DNA from: Solirubrobacteraceae bacterium
Lineage (GTDB): Bacteria; Actinomycetota; Thermoleophilia; Solirubrobacterales; Solirubrobacteraceae
Assembly: GCA_036268195.1 (NCBI GenBank)
Contig: DATAUP010000056.1
Location: forward strand, 2,192 to 66,191
Direction: 5' to 3'
DNA: 64,000 nt
Under the pieces are notes generated by a model. It ran no database searches, had not been told where the DNA came from, and worked only from the letters and a program-made list of their open reading frames with translations. Positions 30,189-39,545 of this stretch are shown here, piece by piece. Position numbers and translations under genes: made by a program. Position 1 is the first letter of the stretch; the number at the start of each line of letters is the position of its first letter.

Positions 30189-31348
30189 CAGACATCACCG
30201 AGCCAGGCGTCGACACGCTGGCGCAGCAGATCGCGGATCGCGGGCGCGAGGCGCTCGTGCAGCGTCTGCGCGGCGCTTATGCCGACGCAGCCGCGGCGCA
30301 CGCGGACATCGTCTCGCTCGACGAGGCGCGCATCGAGGCGCTCGTGCAGAGTGCCGCTGATCACGCGGATGGCCTGCAGTGGCGCCGCGCACTGGCCGGG
30401 GTCGCCGCCCAAGAGCTTGGCGTGAGCGTCGCCGAAGCACTCTCGCACCCGGCCGTGGCGCGTGCCCAGACGCTCGTCGGCGCACCCTCCTACGAACAGA
30501 GCCTGGCGGAGCTGATCGCTCGACCGGTACCGCCGCCGGCGGCGGCTCCCGCCAATGGGTCTGCTCTTACCGGCGCGTCCGCTGACGCGCCCGCGGCTGT
30601 GGCCGACTCCGAACCGGAGCTTGCGCCGGACGCCGCTTCAGCGGTACCGGAGCCGGAGCCACCCGCACCCGAACCACCCGCACCCGAACCACCCGAACCA
30701 CCCGAACCACCCGAACCGACTGAGCCTGAGCCGCCCTCACCCGAGTCGCAGCCGACCGCTGTGCACGAGGCGGTACCGGCGTTGTCGCCTGTGACCCTGG
30801 CCGAATCGGAGCAGGAGGAAGTGCCCGAGACGCTCTCCGACGAGCTCGAGGCGATCGAGGCCGACGACGAGATCTTCGACCTGCTGCCCGAACCCGAACC
30901 GATCGAGCTCGAGACCGAGCTCTACGAGTTGGCTGGCGAGTACATCGATGACGATGCCCCGCCGACACTCGAGCCTGAGCCGTTCGAGGTTGAGGACGCG
31001 CAGGTGGTTCCCCACCCCGAGGACACGGACCTGCGTGTGTCCGCCGTCCACCTCGGCGGCGTCGCGAACCTGCCGACCCACCGCGAGGGGCTCGAGCTGC
31101 GGCTGTCCGGCAACGGCCTTGACATCCTGCAGGCCCAAGACGAGATCATCGGCCGGCTTGTCTGGGACGAGATCGACGCGCTCGAGGTCCCGCATCTGCG
31201 GTCACGGCGCCGGCGGCAGCAGAAGGTCCGCGCGCGATTGGTGGTGCGCACGTCGCACGGCGACGCCAGCTTCGAGATTCCCGGGTTCTCCAGCGACGAC
31301 CTACGCGACCGAATCGAGCCGCTGATCAGCCGCTTCGGACGCCACTGA
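30185..31348 (+). CDS. Hypothetical protein: helical N-domain, acidic Pro/Glu linker, C-terminal PH-like domain
   Basis: ATGA overlap with E2; GC-type codon usage; C-term HLGG...LELRLSGNGLDI...WDEIDALEV. Confidence 0.7.
   Translation: MTDITEPGVDTLAQQIADRGREALVQRLRGAYADAAAAHADIVSLDEARIEALVQSAADHADGLQWRRALAGVAAQELGVSVAEALSHPAVARAQTLVGAPSYEQSLAELIARPVPPPAAAPANGSALTGASADAPAAVADSEPELAPDAASAVPEPEPPAPEPPAPEPPEPPEPPEPTEPEPPSPESQPTAVHEAVPALSPVTLAESEQEEVPETLSDELEAIEADDEIFDLLPEPEPIELETELYELAGEYIDDDAPPTLEPEPFEVEDAQVVPHPEDTDLRVSAVHLGGVANLPTHREGLELRLSGNGLDILQAQDEIIGRLVWDEIDALEVPHLRSRRRRQQKVRARLVVRTSHGDASFEIPGFSSDDLRDRIEPLISRFGRH
30659..30717 (+). repeat. Intragenic 9/15-bp tandem repeat encoding PPE/PPAPE
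   Basis: (CCACCCGCACCCGAA)x2 followed by (CCACCCGAA)x3. Confidence 0.85.
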
Positions 31349-32206
31349 GGACCCTGGGTCCAGACGCTCGCGCATGACCTCGACCGCGGTCGGGTTCGAA
31401 TCGATCAGAACGTAGTGCCGTCCCAGCTTCTGGCAGACGGCGCCGAGCGTGCCTGAGCCGGCGAACGGGTCCAGACACCAGCCGTCCCGCCGTGAGGAGG
31501 CGGAGACGATGCGACGCAGCACACCCTCGGGCTTCTGCGTCGGGTAACCGGTTTTCTCGCGGCCGTTGGTTGGCACGATCGTGTGGAACCAGACGTCGGT
31601 CGGGCGCTTGCCACGTGCCGCCTTCTCGGCGCCGACCAGTCCGGGTGCCATGTACGGCTCGCGTTCGACGGCGTCGGCGTCGAAGTGGTGGCCGCCCGGT
31701 TCACGTACATACACGAGGATCGTGTCGTGCTTCGCGGGCCAGCGCCGGCGCGGCTTGGCGCCGTAGTCATAGGCCCAGATCAGCTCGTTGAGAAACGCGT
31801 CGCGACCGAAGATCTCGTCGAGCAGCAGCTTGCAGTAGTGCGCCTCGCGGTAATCGATGTGGAAGTACAGGGTTCCGTGCGGCGCGAGCAGATCGCGCGT
31901 ACGGCGCAGGCGGGGCTCGAGGAACGCCAGGTAGTCCCCGAAGGCATCGTCGTAGCTCAGGCTCTGCAGCAACCTGCTGGCATAGCGGTGGCCGCCGAAG
32001 CCGGTGCGTGCGCCCGGTGCGTGCGCATCGGTGCGGCTCACCGCGAGCGAATCACGCGTCTGCACCCGTCCCGTGTTGAAAGGCGGGTCCATGTAGACCA
32101 GGTCGAATCGGGCCTCCGGCAGGGCCGCGAGCACTTGGAGGTTGTCACCGGCGATGACGAGATCGTCGTCGAGCGTGACGGGATCGGATGACGGTTGGAT
32201 CCGCAC
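31301..32206 (-). CDS. Site-specific DNA methyltransferase (N6-A/N4-C, beta class)
   Basis: YMDPPF precedes YPTQKP and DPFAGSG. Confidence 0.92.
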   Translation of the reverse strand: MRIQPSSDPVTLDDDLVIAGDNLQVLAALPEARFDLVYMDPPFNTGRVQTRDSLAVSRTDAHAPGARTGFGGHRYASRLLQSLSYDDAFGDYLAFLEPRLRRTRDLLAPHGTLYFHIDYREAHYCKLLLDEIFGRDAFLNELIWAYDYGAKPRRRWPAKHDTILVYVREPGGHHFDADAVEREPYMAPGLVGAEKAARGKRPTDVWFHTIVPTNGREKTGYPTQKPEGVLRRIVSASSRRDGWCLDPFAGSGTLGAVCQKLGRHYVLIDSNPTAVEVMRERLDPGSSVASEAADQRLDSVA

Positions 32207-32238
32207 AGTCGGCTCACCATACGAAGTAGGCTGGATGG

Positions 32239-32727
32239 GTGGGGACTGACACCTCTGTCGACCGGGGGGCCATCGGCCCGTACCAGAAGCTTGCTCGCTC
32301 GAAACTCGGGGTGAAGGTGACCCGTTACGCGATCGGGTCGGTGATCGCGCTGGCGACCAGCGTGGTCGTGTTCGCGCTGCTGTTGGCGGCGGGCGTCGGC
32401 ACCACAGCCGACTCGATCCTCGCCTTCATCGCTGGCGCCGTGCCCAACTGGATCCTCAACCGCCGCTGGGCCTGGGAGCGCACCGGCGATATGGATATCG
32501 CGCGCGAGGTCGTCGGCTACACCATGATCTCGGTGATCTCGCTGATCGCCTCCTCGGCCGGCACCGGTTGGACGGACGCGCTCGTCCGGCAGCACTTCGC
32601 ACATCATCACGCGCTGCGCGTGGGGCTGGTCACGCTCGCCTACGTAGTGGTCCAGGGCCTGCTGTTCGTCGCGAAGTTTCTCGCCTACGACCGCTGGGTC
32701 TTTCGCCGCGAAGCCCTCGCGAGCTGA
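32239..32727 (+). CDS. GtrA-family membrane protein
   Basis: Four TM helices, NWILNRRWAW, KFLAYDRWVF. Confidence 0.88.
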   Translation: MGTDTSVDRGAIGPYQKLARSKLGVKVTRYAIGSVIALATSVVVFALLLAAGVGTTADSILAFIAGAVPNWILNRRWAWERTGDMDIAREVVGYTMISVISLIASSAGTGWTDALVRQHFAHHHALRVGLVTLAYVVVQGLLFVAKFLAYDRWVFRREALAS

Positions 32728-32739
32728 CGCGCGCCGGAA

Positions 32740-33792
32740 TTAGCGGCGCGGGCCGCCTCGCTGCGCAGCGCGCTTGGCGGCCGCAACAGGCAGCGGACTG
32801 ACCGAGCGCTTGCCGGACGCCGCGGCAGGCGGCGCGTCCGAGCCGTGAAACGCGAGGGCGCCCTCGATCTCGAGGTCCCTCCACTCCTCCCAGACGCCTG
32901 TGACGCCGGTGGTGAAGTCGAACTGCGGTGACCAGCCGGCATCGTGGGCACGCGCCGGATCCACGATCACTGCCGGCATCTCGCCCGGTCGCGCCGGACC
33001 ATGCGTGACCGTCAGCTCCGTGCCGCTCACGCGCCGGACCTCGTCGATCACCTCGAGCACCGACAGAGACGTGCCGGCGCCGATCACAATCGGCCCAGAC
33101 CAGTTGGCGTTGCTCAGCGCAATCAACATCGCGCTGACTACGTCCGCGACGTGGACGTAGTCGCGCACCTGAAGCCCGTCGCCGTAGACCTCGAAGCCCT
33201 GCTCCAGGCGGATCGCGCGCATCAGCCGCGCGACGATGCTGTCCTTGGCCTGCATGCCGGGCCCGTAAACGTTGGTCAGGCGCAGAGCCGTGCAACGGAT
33301 CCCGTAAACAGCCGTGTACGCGGACATCATCATCTCGCCCGCAGCTTTGGTCGCGCCGTAGGGGGTAAGCGGACGCAGGCTCGACCGCTCCGTGATCGCC
33401 GGGTCGAGCATCGGCCCGGTGACCGCGTTCGTGGATGCGAAGACGAGCGCCTTGACACCGGCTGCGCGGGCACCCTCGAGCACGCGATGGGTGCCGGCGA
33501 CGTTGGTCTGATAGGTGAGCTCGGGCCGCTGCACGGAACGCAGGACGGAGGTGACGGCGGCTAAGTGGACAACACCATCGAAGCCGCCGTCGAAGGCGGC
33601 CTCGATCACTTCCGGGTCGGCGATGTCACCGCGAACGATGTCGACATCGGGGTCCGGATGGGCTTGAAGATCAACGACTCGAACATGTGCACCGGCCGCT
33701 GCCAGCGAAGCGACGGCACGGCGGCCGATGAAGCCTGACCCGCCGGTGACCAGCACCCGCTGGCCCCGTAGGGCACCCGCGGCGACGCTCAC
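32740..33792 (-). CDS. NAD-dependent epimerase/dehydratase (GalE-like)
   Basis: TGGSGFIG, HLAA, YGATK, NVYGPG, RDYVHV. Confidence 0.92.
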   Translation of the reverse strand: MSVAAGALRGQRVLVTGGSGFIGRRAVASLAAAGAHVRVVDLQAHPDPDVDIVRGDIADPEVIEAAFDGGFDGVVHLAAVTSVLRSVQRPELTYQTNVAGTHRVLEGARAAGVKALVFASTNAVTGPMLDPAITERSSLRPLTPYGATKAAGEMMMSAYTAVYGIRCTALRLTNVYGPGMQAKDSIVARLMRAIRLEQGFEVYGDGLQVRDYVHVADVVSAMLIALSNANWSGPIVIGAGTSLSVLEVIDEVRRVSGTELTVTHGPARPGEMPAVIVDPARAHDAGWSPQFDFTTGVTGVWEEWRDLEIEGALAFHGSDAPPAAASGKRSVSPLPVAAAKRAAQRGGPRR

Positions 33793-33832
33793 GCGGCCGC
33801 CAGTGCGGCGGTGGTCGGACAGAGGATTCGCA

Positions 33833-34031
33833 TTCGGGTGCTCCAATACCTTCGAGTCGGTTTGTTCCCCGGCGCTAGCGGCGGCTCGCCGCCCCACCGA
33901 GAGCAGCGTGCCAGGGGACTGAAGTACGAGACAACACCTGCGCGGTTTTCCGCAGGATAGCCAATAACACAGGCAGCCGCCATCGGCTGCCCGCTGCAGG
34001 ACCCGACGCGGCCAACTCCAAGGTGCCCGAA
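33833..34031. ncRNA. Candidate structured RNA / regulatory leader (unassigned family)
   Basis: Nested complementary segments form a closing stem and multibranch loop with 3-4 internal hairpins; strand unresolved. Confidence 0.4.
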
Positions 34032-34105
34032 AATCTGTCAGGCGTTCGCCCAGCATATACCGTCGCGTCAAGGCCTCGTAAAGGCCAAGAAACCCGAATC
34101 AGGTA

Positions 34106-35005
34106 TCAGGTGTTCTGGTGCAGGTCGCCAGAACGCACAGCGTCAGCGACGCTCGCGGCCGCGCTGGCTACGGTAGCCGCCGGGTCCTCCGCGGCCCGCT
34201 CCGGCGGCGCGATCCGCGCCTCATACGTCGCCCGCTCGAGCGCGTCCGGCTGGGCCGGCAGCCATTTGTCGGGAACGATCCGCGCGAGCAGCAATCGCAT
34301 GATCCAACCCGCCAGGCCTGGGACGCCGATGTCCGGCCGCCCTCCGCGCAGCACCCTGACAACCGCCGCGGCGACCGCATCGGCACTGAGCGGCCCGAAC
34401 ACCGGCAGCGATTTGAGGCCGGAGAGCATCTCCGTCTCCGTCGGCCCGGCCAGTACGACGTGCACGGAGACGCCGGTGCCCTGCAGCTCAGCGCGGAGGG
34501 CCCGGCTGAACGCGCGTATCGCGCCGCCGGTGGCGGCATAACTGCTTGCGTGCGTGCCTAGAACGCGTCCCGGCAGCGCACCGAGGTTGATGATGCGGCC
34601 GTCGCCGCGCCGCAGCATCCGCTCCAGCGCCAGCTTGGAGCCGAGCATCGTGCCGCCAAGATTGACGTCGAGCACGTGCGTGCTGACGGCATCCTGCTGC
34701 GAAACGAAGTCGCCCACCGCCATGATTCCGGCGTTGTTGACGAGCACGTCGAGCGGTCCGAGCTGTCGCTCAACCTGGTCGAGGAAGCCACTGAAGCTCT
34801 CCCGGCTGGTGACGTCCAGCGACAGGCCGATCACACCGCCGCCGAGCTCATCGGCGACGCGTGCGGTCAGCGCGGCGCCGAGGTCGCCGATCGCAACACG
34901 CGCGCCTTGGGCCACCAGCGCCGCCGCGGTCGCGCGCCCAATTCCACGGGCCCCGCCGGTGATCGCAACGACCGTGCCGTTCAGTGGCCTGAGCTGCTTT
35001 GCCAT
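34106..35005 (-). CDS. SDR-family oxidoreductase (catalytic residues degenerate)
   Basis: TGGARGIG, LDV, NNAG; YAATG instead of YxxxK. Confidence 0.85.
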   Translation of the reverse strand: MAKQLRPLNGTVVAITGGARGIGRATAAALVAQGARVAIGDLGAALTARVADELGGGVIGLSLDVTSRESFSGFLDQVERQLGPLDVLVNNAGIMAVGDFVSQQDAVSTHVLDVNLGGTMLGSKLALERMLRRGDGRIINLGALPGRVLGTHASSYAATGGAIRAFSRALRAELQGTGVSVHVVLAGPTETEMLSGLKSLPVFGPLSADAVAAAVVRVLRGGRPDIGVPGLAGWIMRLLLARIVPDKWLPAQPDALERATYEARIAPPERAAEDPAATVASAAASVADAVRSGDLHQNT

Positions 35006-35029
35006 CTCCGTTTGAGCCTCTCGATTCGG

Positions 35030-35683
35030 TTACGCGCGCGCACGTGCGGGCACGCCGGTGACGGTCACGCCACCGGGGACGTCCTTCGTCACAACCGCAC
35101 CAGCTCCTACAACGGCGCCCGCACCGATCGTCAGCGGTCGCCCCGGGAAACCGTTGACAGTCACAGCGCCGGTGCCGAAGAACGTGTACGGCTCGAGCGT
35201 GACATTGCCGGAGATGTGGACGCCCGGGGAGAGGGTCGCATAGGCGCCGATCACGGCGTCGTGACCAACTGTGCAGTCGAGGTTGATCTGCGCGTGGGCC
35301 TGAACCTCGATGTTCACGGTCAGGATCGAGCCGGCGCAGACGACGACGCCTTCGCCGAACTCGACGTACTCGTGGTCGTATTCGACGTTGGGATGGATCA
35401 GTGGCGGGGTCGCGACCAGCCCAGCTGCCGCCGCCTTCGCGATCAGCCGCTCGCGCAGCTTCGGGTCGCCGACGGTCGCGAGCACGTTCGCGCCCGGATG
35501 GCGCTCGGCCGCGACCTCGAGCGACAGCACAGGCCGCCCGTTGAGCTCGTCGGCAGGGGCGTTGTCGTCGACGAAGGCAACCACCTCGAAGTGGCGTCCC
35601 TGCCAATCGGCCCGCTCGGCCCAGGACGCGACCTCACGTCCGAAGCCACCGGCTCCGAAGATCAACAGTTGCAGTGGTTGCAC
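35030..35683 (-). CDS. PglD/NeuD-family sugar acetyltransferase
   Basis: IFGAGGFGRE, VGHD, hexapeptide repeats, GVPAR. Confidence 0.9.
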   Translation of the reverse strand: MQPLQLLIFGAGGFGREVASWAERADWQGRHFEVVAFVDDNAPADELNGRPVLSLEVAAERHPGANVLATVGDPKLRERLIAKAAAAGLVATPPLIHPNVEYDHEYVEFGEGVVVCAGSILTVNIEVQAHAQINLDCTVGHDAVIGAYATLSPGVHISGNVTLEPYTFFGTGAVTVNGFPGRPLTIGAGAVVGAGAVVTKDVPGGVTVTGVPARARA

Positions 35684-35711
35684 TAGTGGGTCTCCCGCAA
35701 CAAAGGCGATC

Positions 35712-36377
35712 CTATCCGTCCGGGTGCTTCTCGCCGAGGTCGACGCCGCCGCTCTCATCGGAGTGGTAAAGGCCGTGGCCGCCGAGCACCATCCGCACGG
35801 TCAACGCCAAGATCTTCAGGTCGAGCCACAGCGAGCGGTGCTCCACGTACCAGACGTCGAGCTCGATCCGCTCCGACCACGGCAGCGAGGCGCGTCCGTT
35901 CACCTGGGCCCAGCCGCTGATCCCGGGGCGCACCAGAAGGCGCTCGCGCTGATGCTCCGTGTAGAGCTCGACCTGGCCCATCAGCGTCGGTCGCGGGCCG
36001 ACGATCGACATCTCGCCCCGCAGGACGTTCCAGAGGTTCGGGAGCTCGTCAAGCGAGTAGCGGCGCAGGAACGCGCCGGTGCGCGTGATCCGGTCATCAC
36101 CCTGGAGCACGGCCAACCCGGCGCCGAGGTGCTCGGCGCCGCTGACCATCGTCCGCAGCTTGTAGATCTCGAACGGCTGGCCGTCGAGCCCTGCCCGTGT
36201 CTGCTTGAAGAGCGCTGCGCCACGCGACTCCAGCCGGATCAGCAGGCAGAACAGGGCGACCACCGGCGCGGTCACGATCGCAGCGGGCACCGCGATCAGC
36301 AGGTCCAATAGCCGCTGGAGGCGGTCAGGACCGGTAGTGGCCAGCGGGCCACTACCGGGGAGATGAGTCGTTCTCAC
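35712..36377 (-). CDS. PglC-like monotopic phosphoglycosyltransferase (initiating sugar transferase)
   Basis: KLRTM, DDRIT, LDELP, GEMSIVGPRP, PGISGWAQVNGR. Confidence 0.92.
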   Translation of the reverse strand: MRTTHLPGSGPLATTGPDRLQRLLDLLIAVPAAIVTAPVVALFCLLIRLESRGAALFKQTRAGLDGQPFEIYKLRTMVSGAEHLGAGLAVLQGDDRITRTGAFLRRYSLDELPNLWNVLRGEMSIVGPRPTLMGQVELYTEHQRERLLVRPGISGWAQVNGRASLPWSERIELDVWYVEHRSLWLDLKILALTVRMVLGGHGLYHSDESGGVDLGEKHPDG

Positions 36378-37504
36378 CGCGTCCCCTCCACCGTCTCCCA
36401 GACCGGCGAGCGCTCGCCGCGCAGCCAGTCCCACAGCCCCGCCGCGAGCGCCCAGTTGGTGACGACGTAGTACCTCGCCACCAGCAGCACGCGCGCTGGC
36501 GCGAGCGGCGCCAGCGCGGCCGCGGCAAGGAGTGCCAGCTGCAGCGCGGCGGCGACGATGTAGATCCACCCGTGGCCGATCAGCGCGATGCTGGTCGCAA
36601 GCGCCAGCACGTGCAGAAACGGGGCCAGGTAGCGCAGGAGCCGGTGCGAGAAGATCATCAGCGCGTAGAGCGGGCTGTAGCCGCGCGGTGACATCAGGCC
36701 GCTGCTGAACACGGTCGGCCAGGTGCGGCGCGCCATACGGCGCTTGCGCGTGAACTCGCCCTCGATCGAGGGGGCCATCTTCTCGCTCGCGCGTGCGTCG
36801 GTCACGTAGACGGCGCGCCAGCCGCGCTTGACCATGTTGAACGGGAACGAGAGGTCATGGCCGGCCAGCGGGTCGACGTTGAGGTAGGACTCACGGCGAG
36901 TCGCGTAGATCGCGCCGTTCCCCGAGGTGACGGAGCTCAGCGTCGACTCCATCCGGCGAATCCACATCTCGTAGCGCCAGTAGAGCCCCTCCTGGTTGGT
37001 GCCGCCGGCGTCGAGGAAGGTGACGTCGCCGCAGGCATAGCCGACACGCGCATCGCCGAACGCGGAGACCAGGCGCTTCAGCGCGTCGCGCTCCCAAACG
37101 GCATTCGCATCGGAGAAGACGAGCAGCTCGCCGCCGGCCTGCGCGACAGCGGCATCCTGCGCGCGGATCTTGCCGCCGCGGGGCAGCTCGAGCACGAGGT
37201 CGGCACCCGCCGCGCGGGCACGCGCGACGGTCGAGTCGCTCGATCCGTCGGAGGCGACGATCACCTGCACGCGAGCCGGCGGGTAGTCGAGGCTGCGCAG
37301 GTTGGTGATCCGCAGCGCGATCACTTCCTGCTCGTTGTAGGCGGCGATGATCGCGGTCACCGCCGGCAGCTGCCCCTCCCAGCCGGCCGCTGGGCGCTGT
37401 TGGCGATGCAGGCGCGTCAGCAGTGCCAGCAGCAGCGCGTAGCCGACCTGCGTGTAGACGAGCAGCCCGACGGCCACCCAGAAGACGATCACGACAACTG
37501 TCAT
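36374..37504 (-). CDS. GT2 glycosyltransferase with N- and C-terminal TM helices
   Basis: IIAAYNE, SDGSSD, FSDAN, GAIYATR. Confidence 0.92.
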   Translation of the reverse strand: MTVVVIVFWVAVGLLVYTQVGYALLLALLTRLHRQQRPAAGWEGQLPAVTAIIAAYNEQEVIALRITNLRSLDYPPARVQVIVASDGSSDSTVARARAAGADLVLELPRGGKIRAQDAAVAQAGGELLVFSDANAVWERDALKRLVSAFGDARVGYACGDVTFLDAGGTNQEGLYWRYEMWIRRMESTLSSVTSGNGAIYATRRESYLNVDPLAGHDLSFPFNMVKRGWRAVYVTDARASEKMAPSIEGEFTRKRRMARRTWPTVFSSGLMSPRGYSPLYALMIFSHRLLRYLAPFLHVLALATSIALIGHGWIYIVAAALQLALLAAAALAPLAPARVLLVARYYVVTNWALAAGLWDWLRGERSPVWETVEGTR

Positions 37505-38619
37505 GCGCCGCGGATTTTCTCGTACAGAGCGAGCGTCGCACGGGCTGCCGCGTCCCAGGAGTACACCTCGACTGCCGCCTTCGCCGCCGCTGCGGCGAGG
37601 CGGTCGCGTTGGTCGGCGTCGGCGATCAGCTCCGTCAGCGTGGCCCGCAGCGCCTGCGGGTCCCCGGGCGCGACGAGCCGTGCCGCGCCCTGCCCGGACA
37701 CCTCCGCGAACCCGCCGACGTCGCTCAGCACGATCGCCTTGCCGTACCCGAGCGCGGTCGCGAGCACGCCGGAGAAGCCGAAGCGTTCGCTGCGCTCGTA
37801 GGGCAGGACGACCAGGTCGGCACGCTCGAACAGCGCGGCCTCCTCCTCGGGTATGACGAAGCGCGGGGCGATCGTGGTCCTGGGCGGCGCCGCGGCGATG
37901 AACTGCTGAATGTCGACCATCGGCCGGCCGACGATCCAGAGCTGGGCATCCTCGATGCCGCGCCAGGCCTCCAGCAGGGTCTCGATGCCCTTGTAGGGGC
38001 GGATCAGGCCGTAGCTGAGGACAACGGGGCTTCCGTTATCCCTCAGTTCCCGGGGTAGCGCGGCCGCGCTGGGGGAGTTTTGCCGTTCCTTGCGGCCAAA
38101 CTCCCCCAGCGTCGTGCCCAGTGCGCCGTGGCGGATGACGTGGACGCGGTCCGGCTCGAGGCCGTGCTGGGCGACGACCTGCTCGCGTGCGAACTCGCTG
38201 TGGACGACGATCGCGTCCACAGCCCTGAAGGCGCTCGCGGGCAGCGGTGGCCGCCCGCGCTCGAGCGGGTCGTGGATCGTGAGCACGGTCGGCCGCCGCG
38301 GCAGCAGCCGCAGGTCGATGCGCGGGACCGTGAGCCACTCGAAGTGGACGACGTCAGCCGCGGCGCCGCGGTAGCGCAACATGTCGACGGGATGCTCGGC
38401 GCGCTTGCTGAGCGCGCGCAGGCGCGAACTCGCCGGACCGACCGCGTGGCGGTAGAAGCGCTCCTTGCGCACGTACCCGTCGGGCGCCGGTGGGTCACCG
38501 TACGCGAACCGGCTGGTGACAAGGCGTACCGAGGCACCCAGTCGCGCCAGCGCCGAGGCGAGCGCGTGGTCGTATGGCGGTGAGTACGCCGGCGGATCGA
38601 CGAGATCTACTCGGATCAT
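37501..38619 (-). CDS. GT4 glycosyltransferase
   Basis: LTIHD, GLIRPYKG, DLVVLPY, SDVGGFAE. Confidence 0.9.
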   Translation of the reverse strand: MIRVDLVDPPAYSPPYDHALASALARLGASVRLVTSRFAYGDPPAPDGYVRKERFYRHAVGPASSRLRALSKRAEHPVDMLRYRGAAADVVHFEWLTVPRIDLRLLPRRPTVLTIHDPLERGRPPLPASAFRAVDAIVVHSEFAREQVVAQHGLEPDRVHVIRHGALGTTLGEFGRKERQNSPSAAALPRELRDNGSPVVLSYGLIRPYKGIETLLEAWRGIEDAQLWIVGRPMVDIQQFIAAAPPRTTIAPRFVIPEEEAALFERADLVVLPYERSERFGFSGVLATALGYGKAIVLSDVGGFAEVSGQGAARLVAPGDPQALRATLTELIADADQRDRLAAAAAKAAVEVYSWDAAARATLALYEKIRGA

Positions 38620-39545
38620 GAGCGCGGTTTGACCTCGTTGGACATGCGGAGCCCGATCTGTTCCTCGACGGCGAGATAGCACTGTACGAACAGGAACTGC
38701 AGGCGCTCGGTGCGGCTCAGGCGCGCTGATGACTCGGCGCCGCGCCCGTCCGCCCGAAACTCGACGCCCGGTCCGATCCCGACACGCTTCAGCACCAGAC
38801 GGAGGCCGCGGCTCAAGCCGGGATCCGGCTTGAAGTCCGGATACCGCTCCGACAGCCAGCGGGCTCCTGCCGCGTACCCGCGCCACTGCCTGCCGAGCTC
38901 ACCGAGCTTCTCCCGATAGGCGTGCTGGACCACGGCCTGCTCGTTGAACTCCAGCGTCCAGCCGGCGTCCTGCAGACGCCAGGTGAAGTCTGTGTCCTCG
39001 CCCGCCCAGATCCCCTCGGTGTAGCCGTCGATCTGCTGAAACGCCACCCGGCGCACCAGCAGGTTGGCTGAGGATGCGCGCGGCCGGTATGGATTCATCA
39101 CGTGCGAGCGCTGGCCGAGGAAGTTACGGGCAGTTCCATACCGGGCCGCGAGCGTCCGGGTGTCGGGGATGCCGGCGATGTCACCGGTCATCGCGCCGAC
39201 ACGTTCCCCGATCGGCTCCGCGAAGAACTTGTCGAGCAGATCCGCCGGCGCGCGCACGTCGGAGTCCAGGAACAGGATCCAGTCGTTGCTCGCCGCGGCT
39301 GCGCCGACGTTGCGCGAATGGGATGCCGAAGCCTCGCCCCGGGCGCGTACGACGACAAGCTGGGCCCGAGGTGTCCGCAGCGTTTCGGCGATCACGGGGA
39401 GAGCGGGAACGGTGCCGCTGTTGTCGGCGACGATCAGCTCGTCGTCCGCCCGCGACCCGAGCCCTGTCAGCATCGCCATCACGCCCTCCGCCTGTGCCCG
39501 CGTCCCCGCGAACGGCACCACCACGCTGATCGCCGGCCGGCTCAT
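38616..39545 (-). CDS. GT2 glycosyltransferase
   Basis: SVVVP, SRNVG, FLDSD, GEDTD. Confidence 0.9.
   Translation of the reverse strand: MSRPAISVVVPFAGTRAQAEGVMAMLTGLGSRADDELIVADNSGTVPALPVIAETLRTPRAQLVVVRARGEASASHSRNVGAAAASNDWILFLDSDVRAPADLLDKFFAEPIGERVGAMTGDIAGIPDTRTLAARYGTARNFLGQRSHVMNPYRPRASSANLLVRRVAFQQIDGYTEGIWAGEDTDFTWRLQDAGWTLEFNEQAVVQHAYREKLGELGRQWRGYAAGARWLSERYPDFKPDPGLSRGLRLVLKRVGIGPGVEFRADGRGAESSARLSRTERLQFLFVQCYLAVEEQIGLRMSNEVKPRS

Noticed and set aside
31301-32206. Restriction-modification or defence island
   Set aside because: No nuclease, helicase or mobility genes adjacent; composition matches the flanks.
33789-33870. tmRNA-like hints (GGGG...CTCGA on the minus strand and a peptide ending ALAAA)
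   Set aside because: Spacing is too short, there is no T-arm/CCA end or pseudoknot series, and other genes here also end in ALAAA or VAA.
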